DNA of 58,189 nucleotides, filler included, from Candidatus Woesearchaeota archaeon (GTDB taxonomy: Archaea > Nanobdellota > Nanobdellia > Woesearchaeales > ARS49): the NCBI GenBank assembly GCA_016188265.1. It is 3 parts of 3 records of this genome, joined end to end, with 100 filler letters (N's around TTAATTAATTAA, not from the genome) between each part and the next. Parts side by side here need not be neighbours in the genome. Positions count along the whole stretch, not along the records: positions 1 to 25,113 come from JACPID010000014.1; positions 25,214 to 50,851 come from JACPID010000017.1; 1 more part is not named here. One strand, 5' to 3'. The position numbers and the translations under genes were made by a program. The notes beneath the pieces were generated by a model that worked only from the letters and a program-made list of their open reading frames with translations, made no database searches and had not been told where the DNA came from. Shown here piece after piece: positions 21,101 through 30,442 of this stretch. Every line of letters starts with the position of its first letter. Within the stretch, counting starts at the first letter, position 1.

Positions 21101-23957
21101 AGTGTCTAATAAGTTGAATCTTTCTGGAACTAATGGCGCAATAACTATGTCAGCTACTTCTGCAAATAATAATGTTTCATATAATGTTATGTTGACTGTT
21201 GGCGCTGGAGGCACTTATGGGATTCATTTAGCTACTGCAAATAATAATACTCTTGCATTTAATAATGTAACAACTACTGGAGGAACTGCGCATGGCATTT
21301 TCTTTTCATCAAACTCGCATAATAATAGCATACAATCAAATATTGTTAATACTACTGGCAGTAGTTCTGATGGAATGCAGTTTTCAACTTCTAATAACAA
21401 CACAATCCTGTTAAATAACATAACCACCACCAGCACTAGCGCTGATGGTATAGATCTTTTATCAAATGCTGATTTTAACAATATAACAGCCAATACAATA
21501 ACTACTTCTGGAGATAGTTCTAATGGAATTATTCTTAGCAGTGGTGATAATGACAACACTGTTAGGTTGAATAATATAACTACTCAGGGAGCTCTTGCCA
21601 GAGGAATTAGTATTGCAAGTTCTGTAAGAAATAATTTTTCAGCAAATATTATCAAGACTAATCATTCAACCAGTGATGGTATTTTTATAAGCAGCACTTC
21701 AGATAATAATAAATTTGTTAATGATCAGGTTAATGCTACTAATAGCTCTGAAATATTTGTTCTTTCATCTAGCAGTACTGTTTTGAGTAATGTTTTATTG
21801 TTGAGTTTATCTAATTTTTCCTCAGAGCTTATTGAAAATGTTAGTGTTAATGTAAACTTAACGCCTTCTGCGCATGAAAATAGAAAGAACTTGTCAGATT
21901 TCTTTATTATCAACACTACTGGAGGTAATAGTATAATTAATTTTAATGTAAGTTATGATTCAAGTGAAACTATTGGCATTATAGAAAGCACTATTCGAAT
22001 TTTCAGGTTTAATGAAACATCCAACCAGTACGAATCATTATCTGCTTCTAGTGTTGATACAACTAATAATTTTATTTCTTCAGGCAATATTACCAGCTTT
22101 TCTTTATTTGCTTCTCTTGGACAGTTTATTTGCAGCGCTTGGAGTGAAGGCTTTACTATGGATCAAAACTTTACAAATGTTAATGGTACATGTATTTCAG
22201 TTAATGCTTCTAATATTGTGATTAATGGTGGTGGATTTATGATTTCAGGCAATGGCAGTGGTATTGGCATGGGTGTTAACAATACTGCTGGTTTTGATAA
22301 TGTAACAATAAGAAACTTCGTGAATATTTTAAATTTCAGCGCTGGATTTAATTTTTCAAATTCAGAAAACTCAACAATCTTCAATAACACAATAATTAGC
22401 GCAAATGCAGCCAATAGTCGTGGAATTCAATTACAGAATTCTAACTTAACAAACATAACCTCAAACAATATTAATACTTCTAACACTAATAGCCAGGGAA
22501 TTTTGTTGTTAACATCTTATTCTAACACAATATTTTCAAATATTATTAATACTAGCGGCATAGGATCTTATGGATTGATTTTTAATTCTTCTTCAAACTC
22601 AAACAATATTAGTTCTAACTTGATTAATACAACTGGTGAAAACAGCAGTGGAATATTTGTTCAGTCTTCTAATTCAAGTAATTTCTCTAATAATATTATT
22701 ATAACAAGCCATAGCATTGGCGCTTATGGAATATTTTTAGACACAGCAGATAATAATTCTTTTACTGCTGAACAAGTTAATGCTAGTGGCAGTGAAGAAA
22801 TATTTGTGAGAACAGCATTTACTGTCAAGAACAGCTTTAAAAATATTATATTATTAGGTGATCCTAATTTTACAACAAGCGATATTGCAGGTGTTTCAAT
22901 AAATGTTAATACAACACCTCCGCTTAGCACTAGAAAAAATTTATCAGATTTCTTAACTATAAATAGTACAGCAACAGGCGGATTTATTAATTTCAATCTT
23001 AGCTATACTAGTGCAGATATTATTGGTATTGTTGAAGCTAACCTTAGGATGTTCAAGTATAATGAAACCACCTTAGTTTATGATCTTTTATCTTCATCAA
23101 GTGTAGATATTGTAAATAATGTTGTTTCTTCAGGAAATATTACCAGCTTTTCTTTATTTGCTCCGCTGGAAAATATAATTGCAGCTGCTGGGGGTGGCGA
23201 AGAAAAAGTAGCTCCTAAAATTGCTCAAGGAGATCTTATTGCAAATCTTATTGGTGAGGTTGCAGCTGTTACAGTTCAAACAGGAAAACAAATAAGAACT
23301 GTTCTTATTTCAAAAGAAGTATTTGATAAAGCAAAATTTCCCTTTTACCTGAATGATAAATCACTGCACTCAATTGTTGTTGAAAAAGTTGATGTCCTAA
23401 ATCAAAAAGCAGTTTTAACACTTTCAAGCAATCCTATAACTGTAAACATGAAGGCAGGAGATGCTAAAAAGTTTGACTTAAATGAAAATGGTTATTATGA
23501 TACTGGATTATTGCTGGAAAATGTTTTAGAAAGTGGCAAAGGAGTAACTGTGCTTATTACTCCTTTGGAAGAAAGTGAACGTGTAAAAAAAGAATCTAGA
23601 GAAAAAATAGTTAAAGAAGCAGTGAAAGAGCCAGAATTTAAAGCAGAACAGTTTAATAATTTGATAACTGGAAATATTGTTAAAGAACTTGGCGCTGTTA
23701 GCGCTGGATGGCTTGCCAAGCTGAAAAGCATGTTAAAAATAGCTGAATTTTACATGAAAGAATTATCTGAATTTATTGATAAATATGTTCTTGTTTATTT
23801 CAATAAATATACAAATTATTTAGATAATAATTTAGCAAAATCAATAATTTTTGTTGCACTAAGCTTCATTTTAGTAATAACTTCAGTAATAATTATTCAC
23901 AATAAAAAAAAGCCTCCAAAGCCTAAATCTGGATTAAGATACCTGCTTAACAAATAA
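18189..23957 (+). CDS. Giant parallel beta-helix (NosD/CASH-like) cell-surface protein
   Basis: Signal peptide, Asn/Ser/Thr-rich ~25-aa repeats (YGIYL...NN.I..N.I.T.G), three large modules, C-terminal TM + basic tail. Confidence 0.9.
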   Translation: MKKGFMSTKNVLIFILVAVFFSSFVFAANCADVAGNSSGQTGFVNNDLTLTANILNINGTCFTINASNLLINGGGFNISSNGSGTGLSDVGGFDNVTIRNFAGILNFTHGINLSSVENATIFNNTISNANAANGYGIYLKSNANYNNISSNTINTSGSNGYGIYIDTITQRNIILSNNINTSGATAYGILLDNSKEQIVSGNTINTFNTDGYGIYLSGSPSGNNVTGNVITTRGTTAYPVVLSTPRVYNNISDNNLTSHANTVHGVFFNNAHNQTFSGNRIETNGSSAVGVRLLTSNPENNTIQLNTIITNGTSAFGIELVNPITVTNRFLSNRINTSGTTAYGIYLPNSKEQVVSGNTINTFNTDGYGIYLEGSGPSGNNVTGNVITTRGTTAYPVVLSTPRVYNNISDNNLTSHANTVHGVFFNNAHNQTFSGNRIETNGSSAEGVHLITSNPENNTISRNTIITNGTDAYGILSSTITVTNRFLSNKINTSGAAAYGIFLSSSDFHVVNGNIINVFGSGADNRGIDIRTADSNNVTGNIVTMFGSGTGDITNFGIVPNGGAQYNNVSDNNVTTHGNNDHGILLHNSPNNTVSGNHIETNGSTSYGIYLASSSVENITISSNTIITNGTDSYGIYSPSITATNRFLSNNINTSGSTAYGIYLSGSNNHVLESNSITTTSATNAYAIFLDNADNNNLTGDKLNATNSAEFRSISTSTDNRILNMILLGDVNITSFEFNAVQFDINTTPPTHSVLLGNLTDFIDISQTSAGGYIDFNLSYTANDVNQVIENTIKMFRFNSTSNAYENITTFSLDTTNNIVRSGNVTSFSIFTALGDLICASRNGNITLDKNLNNINGTCMTINASNIILEGAGFNLTGNTTGMGFFSNSSFTNITIRNFGGINNFTMGINFTGVTGSTIFNNTIIGADVANAYGILLDAKSNNNNISNNFINTSGTESSGIRLFNSFNNTIVSNKLNLSGTNGAITMSATSANNNVSYNVMLTVGAGGTYGIHLATANNNTLAFNNVTTTGGTAHGIFFSSNSHNNSIQSNIVNTTGSSSDGMQFSTSNNNTILLNNITTTSTSADGIDLLSNADFNNITANTITTSGDSSNGIILSSGDNDNTVRLNNITTQGALARGISIASSVRNNFSANIIKTNHSTSDGIFISSTSDNNKFVNDQVNATNSSEIFVLSSSSTVLSNVLLLSLSNFSSELIENVSVNVNLTPSAHENRKNLSDFFIINTTGGNSIINFNVSYDSSETIGIIESTIRIFRFNETSNQYESLSASSVDTTNNFISSGNITSFSLFASLGQFICSAWSEGFTMDQNFTNVNGTCISVNASNIVINGGGFMISGNGSGIGMGVNNTAGFDNVTIRNFVNILNFSAGFNFSNSENSTIFNNTIISANAANSRGIQLQNSNLTNITSNNINTSNTNSQGILLLTSYSNTIFSNIINTSGIGSYGLIFNSSSNSNNISSNLINTTGENSSGIFVQSSNSSNFSNNIIITSHSIGAYGIFLDTADNNSFTAEQVNASGSEEIFVRTAFTVKNSFKNIILLGDPNFTTSDIAGVSINVNTTPPLSTRKNLSDFLTINSTATGGFINFNLSYTSADIIGIVEANLRMFKYNETTLVYDLLSSSSVDIVNNVVSSGNITSFSLFAPLENIIAAAGGGEEKVAPKIAQGDLIANLIGEVAAVTVQTGKQIRTVLISKEVFDKAKFPFYLNDKSLHSIVVEKVDVLNQKAVLTLSSNPITVNMKAGDAKKFDLNENGYYDTGLLLENVLESGKGVTVLITPLEESERVKKESREKIVKEAVKEPEFKAEQFNNLITGNIVKELGAVSAGWLAKLKSMLKIAEFYMKELSEFIDKYVLVYFNKYTNYLDNNLAKSIIFVALSFILVITSVIIIHNKKKPPKPKSGLRYLLNK

Positions 23958-24063
23958 AACATTCAAATAGACAAAACAATAGTATCAAAAGATAATTTTC
24001 TCAGTTTGACTGAAAGGAAAAAACTAAGCCAAAAAAAAAGAAAGATGCTGAGAATTAACTGTT

Positions 24064-24723
24064 ATGGTTAATGTACTTGAATTAATTAACGAGCTTGAAC
24101 AATTTGACAATAAACATGGCTATAGAATGAGTTACGAACAGGTTTCTCATCAATTATTTCCAATAGTAGAATTAATTGTTAAAAAAGGTGAAGAATTATT
24201 ACCTTACCTGCATGAATTAATTAAATACGAAGAGACTTGGAGCTGTTTATTTGCGCTCATGGCTTTAAAAGATATTAAGAACCCGCAATCAGTTCCATAT
24301 TTGATAGACTTCCTAAAAAGAACTAATGACAGTGATTACTATAAATCTGGTGAAGAGGCAATGTTTGCTCTTACTGAAATTAAAGATGAACGTGTTTATT
24401 CGTATATGGTCTTTATTCTTGAAGATTATACGAATAATCCTGAAAAATATAATGAATGGTTTTCTATTGACGCATGGTGTTTTGATTTTACAGAGCAAGG
24501 AAATAAAGAAGTTTTGCCTCTTCTTAAAAGAGTTCTTGATATGCCAAACTTAACAGATGATGAACAAATTGAAATAAAAGACACTATAGAAGCTTTAGAA
24601 GATCCTGAAAAATGGCAACGAAAGATTGAAACTGATATTCAAATACTTAAGAAAAAAATCGGAAGAAATGAACCTTGTCCATTCGGTTCAGGAAAGAAGT
24701 ACAAAAAGTGCTGTTTAAACTAA
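24064..24723 (+). CDS. HEAT-like repeat protein with C-terminal SEC-C motif
   Basis: AL.ALK.I..PQSVPYLI helical repeats; GRNEPCPFGSGKKYKKCC. Confidence 0.8.
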   Translation: MVNVLELINELEQFDNKHGYRMSYEQVSHQLFPIVELIVKKGEELLPYLHELIKYEETWSCLFALMALKDIKNPQSVPYLIDFLKRTNDSDYYKSGEEAMFALTEIKDERVYSYMVFILEDYTNNPEKYNEWFSIDAWCFDFTEQGNKEVLPLLKRVLDMPNLTDDEQIEIKDTIEALEDPEKWQRKIETDIQILKKKIGRNEPCPFGSGKKYKKCCLN

Positions 24724-24975
24724 AAATCCTCCCTTGAGGATGCATTACCGTTTATTTGATTTTTAGAGTCCAGCCATCATAATAGCTTAGGCTTTTCTCA
24801 CTTCTTATGGTAAAAGTTTTCTTTTTCTTCTTCTTTTTAGCTTCTTCATCTTTTTTATAAAAAGAAATTAATAAAAAATATCTGGCAAGATTTTGAAAAA
24901 ATAATATTGCTCAACAATTGGCAAAGAAACAAAGTACAAATATCAAATTACACACTGCTAAAAGAATCAGGATTA

Positions 24976-25113
24976 GAAAAAGACAAAAATAAGTTATAGA
25001 AATAGTTTGTCTTTGTCAAGAACTACTTACTAAAGTAGGTAGCGTGTTTACACACAGCTACTAAATGATTAAGTAGTTCTTGATCACACCAAGATTCCAG
25101 TACTAAACCACTA
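24976..25113 (+). mobile_element. Palindromic repeat followed by IS200/IS605 (IscB/HEARO-like) end, truncated at contig end
   Basis: GAAAAAGACAAA..TTTGTCTTT unit (also at 41689); GTCAAGAACTACTTACTAAAGTAGGTAGC..GTAGTTCTTGA-TCACACCAAG. Confidence 0.6.
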
Positions 25114-25213
25114 NNNNNNNNNNNNNNNNNNNNNNNNNNNNNNNNNNNNNNNNNNNNTTAATTAATTAANNNNNNNNNNNNNNNNNNNNNNNNNNNNNNN
25201 NNNNNNNNNNNNN
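25114..25213. other. Artificial contig spacer/gap
   Basis: N run containing TTAATTAATTAA (stops in all frames). Confidence 0.97.
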
Positions 25214-25302
25214 TGGGCCCGGCCAGATTTGAACTGGCGACCTTCTCGAATTTGAGTTATGCACTCGTCAACGAGATGTCATAACCACTAGACCACGGAC
25301 CC
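25214..25302 (-). tRNA. tRNA-Val(GAC) with anticodon-loop intron
   Basis: GGGTCCG/CGGGCCC-A; TCTCG-TT GAC-[~16 nt]-CGAGA; GCCAG-TTCAAAT-CTGGC. Confidence 0.9.
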
Positions 25303-25461
25303 AAAAATTTTATTAGGTTCATAGGCTTTAAATTGTTCTGGCATATGCCAAATAGTTTGAATTCTTTTTAAATATATTGCGCTTAAGTATGTGGAAAGCT
25401 CTATCTTTTTGTTCTATAGTAAATGACATAATTATTTGTACAAAATTGTCATATGTAATTC

Positions 25462-25563
25462 GCTGTTACAAATGGCATGGCTTTTTTCTCCGGCCCTTGC
25501 ATGGCCAGGGACCGGAGAAAAAAGATAATTCTTATCATGACAACTAAAAAACTCTGTAACAGC
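25462..25563. repeat. Nested inverted-repeat element (MITE-like)
   Basis: Outer GCTGTTACA/TGTAACAGC; inner CTTTTTTCTCCGG/CCGGAGAAAAAAG. Confidence 0.6.
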
Positions 25564-25622
25564 CGCAAAAAGATAAGTTTATATATAAGTTTTAATAATT
25601 ATGTATAATTATAGGGATATGT

Positions 25623-25823
25623 ATGAGATTGTTAATAACTAAACACGCTAAAGAAAGGATGGCGGATAAAGCAACAAGTAAAGAAATGATAATTGAAGCT
25701 ATTAAAAAAGGAGCTAAAATTAAGCAAACAAACGGATATTTAGCTTCTTATGGATATATTAAAGTTGCCTATAAAATTATAGATAAAGATTATTATAAAA
25801 TTAAAACAGTTTTTATTGAGTAA
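25623..25823 (+). CDS. DUF4258/RelE-like toxin
   Basis: ITKHAKERM...I.EAIKKG, IKTV C-terminus; upstream of Zn-finger antitoxin. Confidence 0.78.
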   Translation: MRLLITKHAKERMADKATSKEMIIEAIKKGAKIKQTNGYLASYGYIKVAYKIIDKDYYKIKTVFIE

Positions 25824-25832
25824 GGTGATAAA

Positions 25833-26165
25833 ATGAATAGAACAAAATGTGATGAGTGTGGTGGAAAGATTATTAAGAATACAGTTGATTTTAGTTTGTA
25901 TGGCATAAGTTTAGGTAAATTCAATGCTGAAGTATGCACAAAATGTGGTGAAGAATGTTTTGATGAGGAAACAAGTGATATGATAGATGAAGCTGCTAAA
26001 GCAAAGGGATTATGGGGTTTAGGCGCTAAAAGCAAAGTTGGCATTGCAGGGGATAGCTTTATAATTAGAGTAAATAAAAAACTTGCAAAATTTCTTGACT
26101 TAAAAAAAGGTGAAGAAGTTTCTTTGCGTCCAGAAACTAAAAATAAGCTAATTATTGAAGTATGA
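25833..26165 (+). CDS. YgiT-type Zn finger + AbrB/MazE-like antitoxin
   Basis: CDECGG..VCTKCGE; GDSFIIRV...LA..L.LKKGEEV; AAGGTGA SD. Confidence 0.82.
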   Translation: MNRTKCDECGGKIIKNTVDFSLYGISLGKFNAEVCTKCGEECFDEETSDMIDEAAKAKGLWGLGAKSKVGIAGDSFIIRVNKKLAKFLDLKKGEEVSLRPETKNKLIIEV

Positions 26166-26185
26166 TAAAGAAATGAAAAAACGCT

Positions 26186-26740
26186 TTATTCTTTAATGGA
26201 GTTTTTTTTTATTGTTACTATTTTTTTGTATAATAATGAATTAGGAATAAATATAGCATCATTATTCTTTGTTATTATTTTTGTTTCAAGAACACCAACT
26301 AGTTCTACTTTTCCTTCAACATCTCCGATTACTATTAAATTACCTGCTTTAATTTTTTCTTTTTTAAATGCAAGAATTCCTGAAATAACATTAGGAATAA
26401 AATCTTTAATTCCTAAAAATAATGCAATTACAAAAAATAAAAGTATTGCTCCTGAAACAATATACAAGATAATAACTGTTAATCCTAATTGGTCTATTGC
26501 AACAACAATTGCAATAAAATAAACAAACCACTCAACAATTTTTGACAATGCTTCTTCTAAACAGTATTTAAAACCAGCTTTTTTAACAAATTTATTTAAT
26601 TCAGCTTCATGAAGAAAATTATGCAATAATCTTCCAAATAATTTTCCAAAAATAAAACCTATAAATATAATAACAATAGCAACTATAATACGAGTTAAAA
26701 ACTCACCTAATCTTGTAATTAACCAGTCAAATCCGACCAT
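26186..26740 (-). CDS. mscS: Small-conductance mechanosensitive channel
   Basis: TM helices, KDFIPN.ISG, G.VE.V....T, IFIPNS. Confidence 0.88.
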   Translation of the reverse strand: MVGFDWLITRLGEFLTRIIVAIVIIFIGFIFGKLFGRLLHNFLHEAELNKFVKKAGFKYCLEEALSKIVEWFVYFIAIVVAIDQLGLTVIILYIVSGAILLFFVIALFLGIKDFIPNVISGILAFKKEKIKAGNLIVIGDVEGKVELVGVLETKIITKNNDAIFIPNSLLYKKIVTIKKNSIKE

Positions 26741-26783
26741 AATATAAAAGTTTTTATAGAGTTTTTAAAACTTCTTAATAATA

Positions 26784-27878
26784 ATGGTAGATTATCACAA
26801 ACAAATAGAAGAACTTGAAGCTGAAATGCGTAAAACTCAGTACAATAAAGCTACTGAGCATCATTTTGGAGTTATTAAAGCCAGAATTGCAAAGTTGCGT
26901 GAAGCTATAGAAAAAAAACAAGCAAGCAAAAAAGCAGGAGAAGGTTTTTCTGTTAAAAAAAGTGGAAACGCAACAGTAGTATTATTGGGATTTCCATCTG
27001 TAGGAAAAAGCACTCTATTAAACAAAATAACTGGAGCTAATTCAGAAGTAGGGGCTTATGAATTTACAACACTCACAGTTATTCCGGGAGTACTAGAGTA
27101 TAATCATGCAAAAATACAAATTTTAGATGTTCCAGGAATACTAGAAGGAGCTTCAAAAGGCAGAGGCAGAGGTAAAGAAGTATTATCAATGATCAGAGCT
27201 GCAGACCTTGTATTAATTCTTATCGATGCATTACACCCCGAACATTACTCAGTTGTACTTAAAGAAATTGCAGCAACAGGAATCAGAATAAATCAGCAGC
27301 CTCCTGATATTAAGATAATCAAAAAAGCCAGAGGTGGAATAAATATTGGCAGCACTGTGAAGCTTTCTTTAAATAAAGAAACAATTGAAGGAATACTAAA
27401 AGAATTCAAACTTAACAATGCAGATATCATAATAAGGCAAAATGCAACCATAGACCAACTTATTGATGCAGTTGAAAAAAACAAATCATACCTTCCCGCA
27501 GTATCAATTATAACTAAAGCAGATCTGGTTAATGAAGACCAATTAAATAAATTAATTGAAAAAATAAAACCTGACCTGGTAATTAGTGCTCAAAAAGAAA
27601 AAAATATTGAAGAATTAAAAAAAATAATCTATCAAAAATTAAGGTTTATTAGAATTTACTTAAAAGAAATTGGAAAAAAAGCAGATTTAGAAGAACCGCT
27701 AATTGTACGCAAAGGCGCAACAATTGAAGCAATCTGCAAAAATATACATAGAGATTTGATTAAAAGGTTCAAGTATGCACGCATATGGGGATTTTCAGTA
27801 AAGTTTCCAGGACAAATTGTTAAAAACCTTAACAAAGAACTAGATGATAAAGATATTATAGAAATTCACACAACATGA
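26784..27878 (+). CDS. DRG/OBG-family GTPase with TGS domain
   Basis: NKATEHH, GFPSVGKS, YEFTTL, DVPG, TKAD, FKYARIWG. Confidence 0.95.
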   Translation: MVDYHKQIEELEAEMRKTQYNKATEHHFGVIKARIAKLREAIEKKQASKKAGEGFSVKKSGNATVVLLGFPSVGKSTLLNKITGANSEVGAYEFTTLTVIPGVLEYNHAKIQILDVPGILEGASKGRGRGKEVLSMIRAADLVLILIDALHPEHYSVVLKEIAATGIRINQQPPDIKIIKKARGGINIGSTVKLSLNKETIEGILKEFKLNNADIIIRQNATIDQLIDAVEKNKSYLPAVSIITKADLVNEDQLNKLIEKIKPDLVISAQKEKNIEELKKIIYQKLRFIRIYLKEIGKKADLEEPLIVRKGATIEAICKNIHRDLIKRFKYARIWGFSVKFPGQIVKNLNKELDDKDIIEIHTT

Positions 27879-28004
27879 TTAAACTTCCATATGCTCAAGA
27901 GAGCTTTTTGGCTCAGTGCCTTCCTCATATTTATTAAGAAGCTCAATAAGTTCTTCAAAAGGATCTTTTTCTTTCTTTTTTGAAACCTTTTTTTTTACAG
28001 GCAT
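27879..28004 (-). CDS. Possible 41-aa hypothetical protein
   Basis: MPVKKKVSKKKEKDPFEELIELLNKYEEGTEPKSSLEHMEV*; below ORF-track cutoff. Confidence 0.45.
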   Translation of the reverse strand: MPVKKKVSKKKEKDPFEELIELLNKYEEGTEPKSSLEHMEV

Positions 28005-28039
28005 AATTTAACTAGCATACATGTTATATTTATTCTTTT

Positions 28040-28194
28040 CTTAGTTGAGGACATAAGTAAAGCATTATTATTTAGCCTCAACTAAGTTGAAAAAGACATT
28101 TGCATTTTCGATTGAATCTTGGTATGCTCAAGAACCACTGGATGCTGAAACCGAAGTTTCATGCCACTGGTCTATTGACCAGTGGTTCTTGACA
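28040..28194. mobile_element. Composite MITE-like repeat stack (TTAGTTGAGG unit + HEARO-like end)
   Basis: 28041-28098 near-identical to reverse complement of 41720-41778; 28099-28194 near-identical to 46196-46345 minus a nested insert. Confidence 0.8.
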
Positions 28195-28218
28195 ATAGAA
28201 AAAATTTGTTTCTTTTAT

Positions 28219-28317
28219 GCCCCTGTAGTATAGCTTGGATAGTACACAGGCCTGCGATAATGCAAATAAGTTTTTTGCAAACAGCCTGTAGCCGGAGTTC
28301 AAATCTCCGCAGGGGCG
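28219..28317 (+). tRNA. tRNA-Arg(GCG) with anticodon-loop intron
   Basis: GCCCCTG/CAGGGGC-G; CAGGC-CT GCG-[~25 nt]-GCCTG; CGGAG-TTCAAAT-CTCCG. Confidence 0.9.
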
Positions 28318-28428
28318 TATTGAATTAAAGCTTCAAAAACTACACAAAGATCTTTAGCTCTTAAGAAAATTAAAGTTTCACGAGTTTAAGTTTGAGTGAA
28401 TTTTAGCTATTTGCTATAATGTTCTTAT

Positions 28429-28692
28429 TTAAAGTGAATTCTTCAAACCTTGCAGTGTGTAATATCCTAAATTATCGGTAAATGCATAGCAGGGTTTGTA
28501 ATATCCTTCTTCCATTGTTACATCAATTTTTACCAGTGCAATATCATATTTTTTACAAAATTTGTTAATGTACGACATTGCTGTGATTAATTGTTTTTTA
28601 AATTCTGGACTTGTCTTGTCGCCGCTTATTCTGAATAAGTTTTCTTCCAGTTCTTCAAACTTTTTAGTGATATTTTCTGTCATTTTATTCAC
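28429..28692 (-). CDS. Hypothetical protein
   Basis: Short ORF downstream of rpo6 with AAGGA SD-like site. Confidence 0.55.
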   Translation of the reverse strand: MNKMTENITKKFEELEENLFRISGDKTSPEFKKQLITAMSYINKFCKKYDIALVKIDVTMEEGYYKPCYAFTDNLGYYTLQGLKNSL

Positions 28693-28723
28693 ACAATCCT
28701 TTAAACTTTCTTCTTCATTTAAA

Positions 28724-28966
28724 CTAAACTGCTTCGACTTGTTCTTGAAGTGCTTCTTCTTTTGGAAGTGGTCTTTTGATTGTTATTGGAAGCAAGTCTT
28801 TTTCAAGTTCAAGTTTTGCTATTTCTATTGAGTTAAATCTTATTTTTTCAAGATTTTCTTCGCTTAATTTTATCAAGATTGGAGCTCCTGATGAGATTTG
28901 TAATGCTCTGCTTCCTATTAATCTTGCAAGTTCAAATTTAGTATAACTTGGTTTTTCATTTGTCAT
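28724..28966 (-). CDS. rpoK: RNA polymerase subunit K (Rpo6)
   Basis: YTKFELARLIGSRALQIS.GAP, IA..EL....LPITI.R. Confidence 0.96.
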   Translation of the reverse strand: MTNEKPSYTKFELARLIGSRALQISSGAPILIKLSEENLEKIRFNSIEIAKLELEKDLLPITIKRPLPKEEALQEQVEAV

Positions 28967-28979
28967 TTTTTTTTCTCAT

Positions 28980-29747
28980 TTATATTATTTTTCTTAGTTC
29001 TGTTGCTTTTTTCATAGCAATTTTTACCATTTTATCAATGTCATCTATGCTTAAAGGTTCTTTGCCGCCTTTTTGTAAAGCACATAATACATTATCTTTG
29101 GTTATTGCAACAGTTAATCTTGAATCTGCTAATTTTTCTTCTTCAGATAATGGATCAACTAGAAAGTATTTTCCTATTTTGTAAACAGTTACAGGTAATG
29201 GTTCGCGGATTATTGGTAGGTGTGTTTTTGTTTTTTCTTCGTAATACAAAATGCCTTCTTCATATTTTGGAAAAACTGTTTGTTTAAGAGCAATTAATGC
29301 TCCAAGGCCGCTTGCATCTAATAAATTACCCTCGTCATTTATTGAGCATATATCAATGATTACGCTCCAAACTTTTTCACCTTTAGTAACACACAATTTT
29401 TTAACATCAATTGCTTTAGCTTCACGAATTCCTCTGTCAATTACGCGTGCTAATTCTATTGCCTTTTCACCAGGAGGGCCTGGTTCGAATTCTGGATTTG
29501 ATAAAGGGCGTAATTCTGTGTTAACCATTAAATTGCCAGAATCAGGAGTGTCAGGGTATGGTGTTTCAACACCCATTTTTACACCAACAATAACTTCAGT
29601 GTTTCCTATTTTTACACTGCAGCTTCCTTCAGCAGATTTAGAAACATCTTTTTCTAAAATTATAGGTCTAAAATTAGTAAGGCCTCTGCCATCATAACGA
29701 ATGCCTTTTTCTAGCGCTTTAAGCAAATGTGATTTTTGATCTTTCAT
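28980..29747 (-). CDS. rrp42: Exosome complex protein Rrp42
   Basis: R.DGR....FR, AEGS, PYPDTP, FEPGPP, ELARVIDRGIRE. Confidence 0.96.
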   Translation of the reverse strand: MKDQKSHLLKALEKGIRYDGRGLTNFRPIILEKDVSKSAEGSCSVKIGNTEVIVGVKMGVETPYPDTPDSGNLMVNTELRPLSNPEFEPGPPGEKAIELARVIDRGIREAKAIDVKKLCVTKGEKVWSVIIDICSINDEGNLLDASGLGALIALKQTVFPKYEEGILYYEEKTKTHLPIIREPLPVTVYKIGKYFLVDPLSEEEKLADSRLTVAITKDNVLCALQKGGKEPLSIDDIDKMVKIAMKKATELRKII

Positions 29748-30442
29748 TGTTTATATTGCTCCTTTAATGCTTTTTTTTGAAGTTCATAAATTTGTTTACA
29801 AACTTTTTTTGCAAGCTGCAAGGCATTATTCAAGTCTTCAGGTGAAACTTCACCATCCATTTGAAGTAATGTTATTTGTCCTGAATTTGGAAGTATTGCC
29901 ACAGGTATATCTGTGCATCCTTCTTCGTAAGATTCTTCATCATAAGTGAGATCTGCAACAATTTTATCACCAACTTTGCCAACAGCAACTGCACTTACAA
30001 GATCTTTCATATGAAGTCCTGCATCAGCAAGCGCCATGCTTGCTGCAGTTATTGCAGCACATCTTGTTCCTGCATCTGTTTGAGGAAGATCAACAAATAC
30101 ATCAATAACTGTATTTGGATAATCTTTCAAGTCAAGAACAGGAAGTAATGAATTTTCCATGACCATGCTTATTTCTTTAGACCTTCGCGATCCTCCGGGC
30201 CTTACTCTTTCACCATGTCCTGAAAAAGGCAGCATGTTGTAATCACAGCGCAAAATTCCACTGCTTGGATTTTGTAAAAATTTAGGATGTAAATCTCTAG
30301 GACCATACACTGCAGCTATTGCAACTGTTTTTCCAATTTTAAACAATGCACTTCCATCTGCACGGGGAACCACTCCTACTTTTGCTTCCATTGGACGTAA
30401 TTCTTCCCAATCACGGTTGTCGAATCTTTTCTTGTAAACCAT
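29744..30442 (-). CDS. rrp41: Exosome complex exonuclease Rrp41
   Basis: ELRP, ADGSA, VYGPR, RRSKEIS, DAGTRCA, LLQMDG. Confidence 0.97.
   Translation of the reverse strand: MVYKKRFDNRDWEELRPMEAKVGVVPRADGSALFKIGKTVAIAAVYGPRDLHPKFLQNPSSGILRCDYNMLPFSGHGERVRPGGSRRSKEISMVMENSLLPVLDLKDYPNTVIDVFVDLPQTDAGTRCAAITAASMALADAGLHMKDLVSAVAVGKVGDKIVADLTYDEESYEEGCTDIPVAILPNSGQITLLQMDGEVSPEDLNNALQLAKKVCKQIYELQKKALKEQYKQ

Noticed and set aside
18164..23731. Many short antisense or alternate-frame ORFs inside the giant gene, and similar shadows of core genes
   Set aside because: Shadow ORFs from codon bias; no motifs or independent signals
25114..25213. TTAATTAATTAA palindrome, also within 50852-50951
   Set aside because: Artificial linker inside N padding
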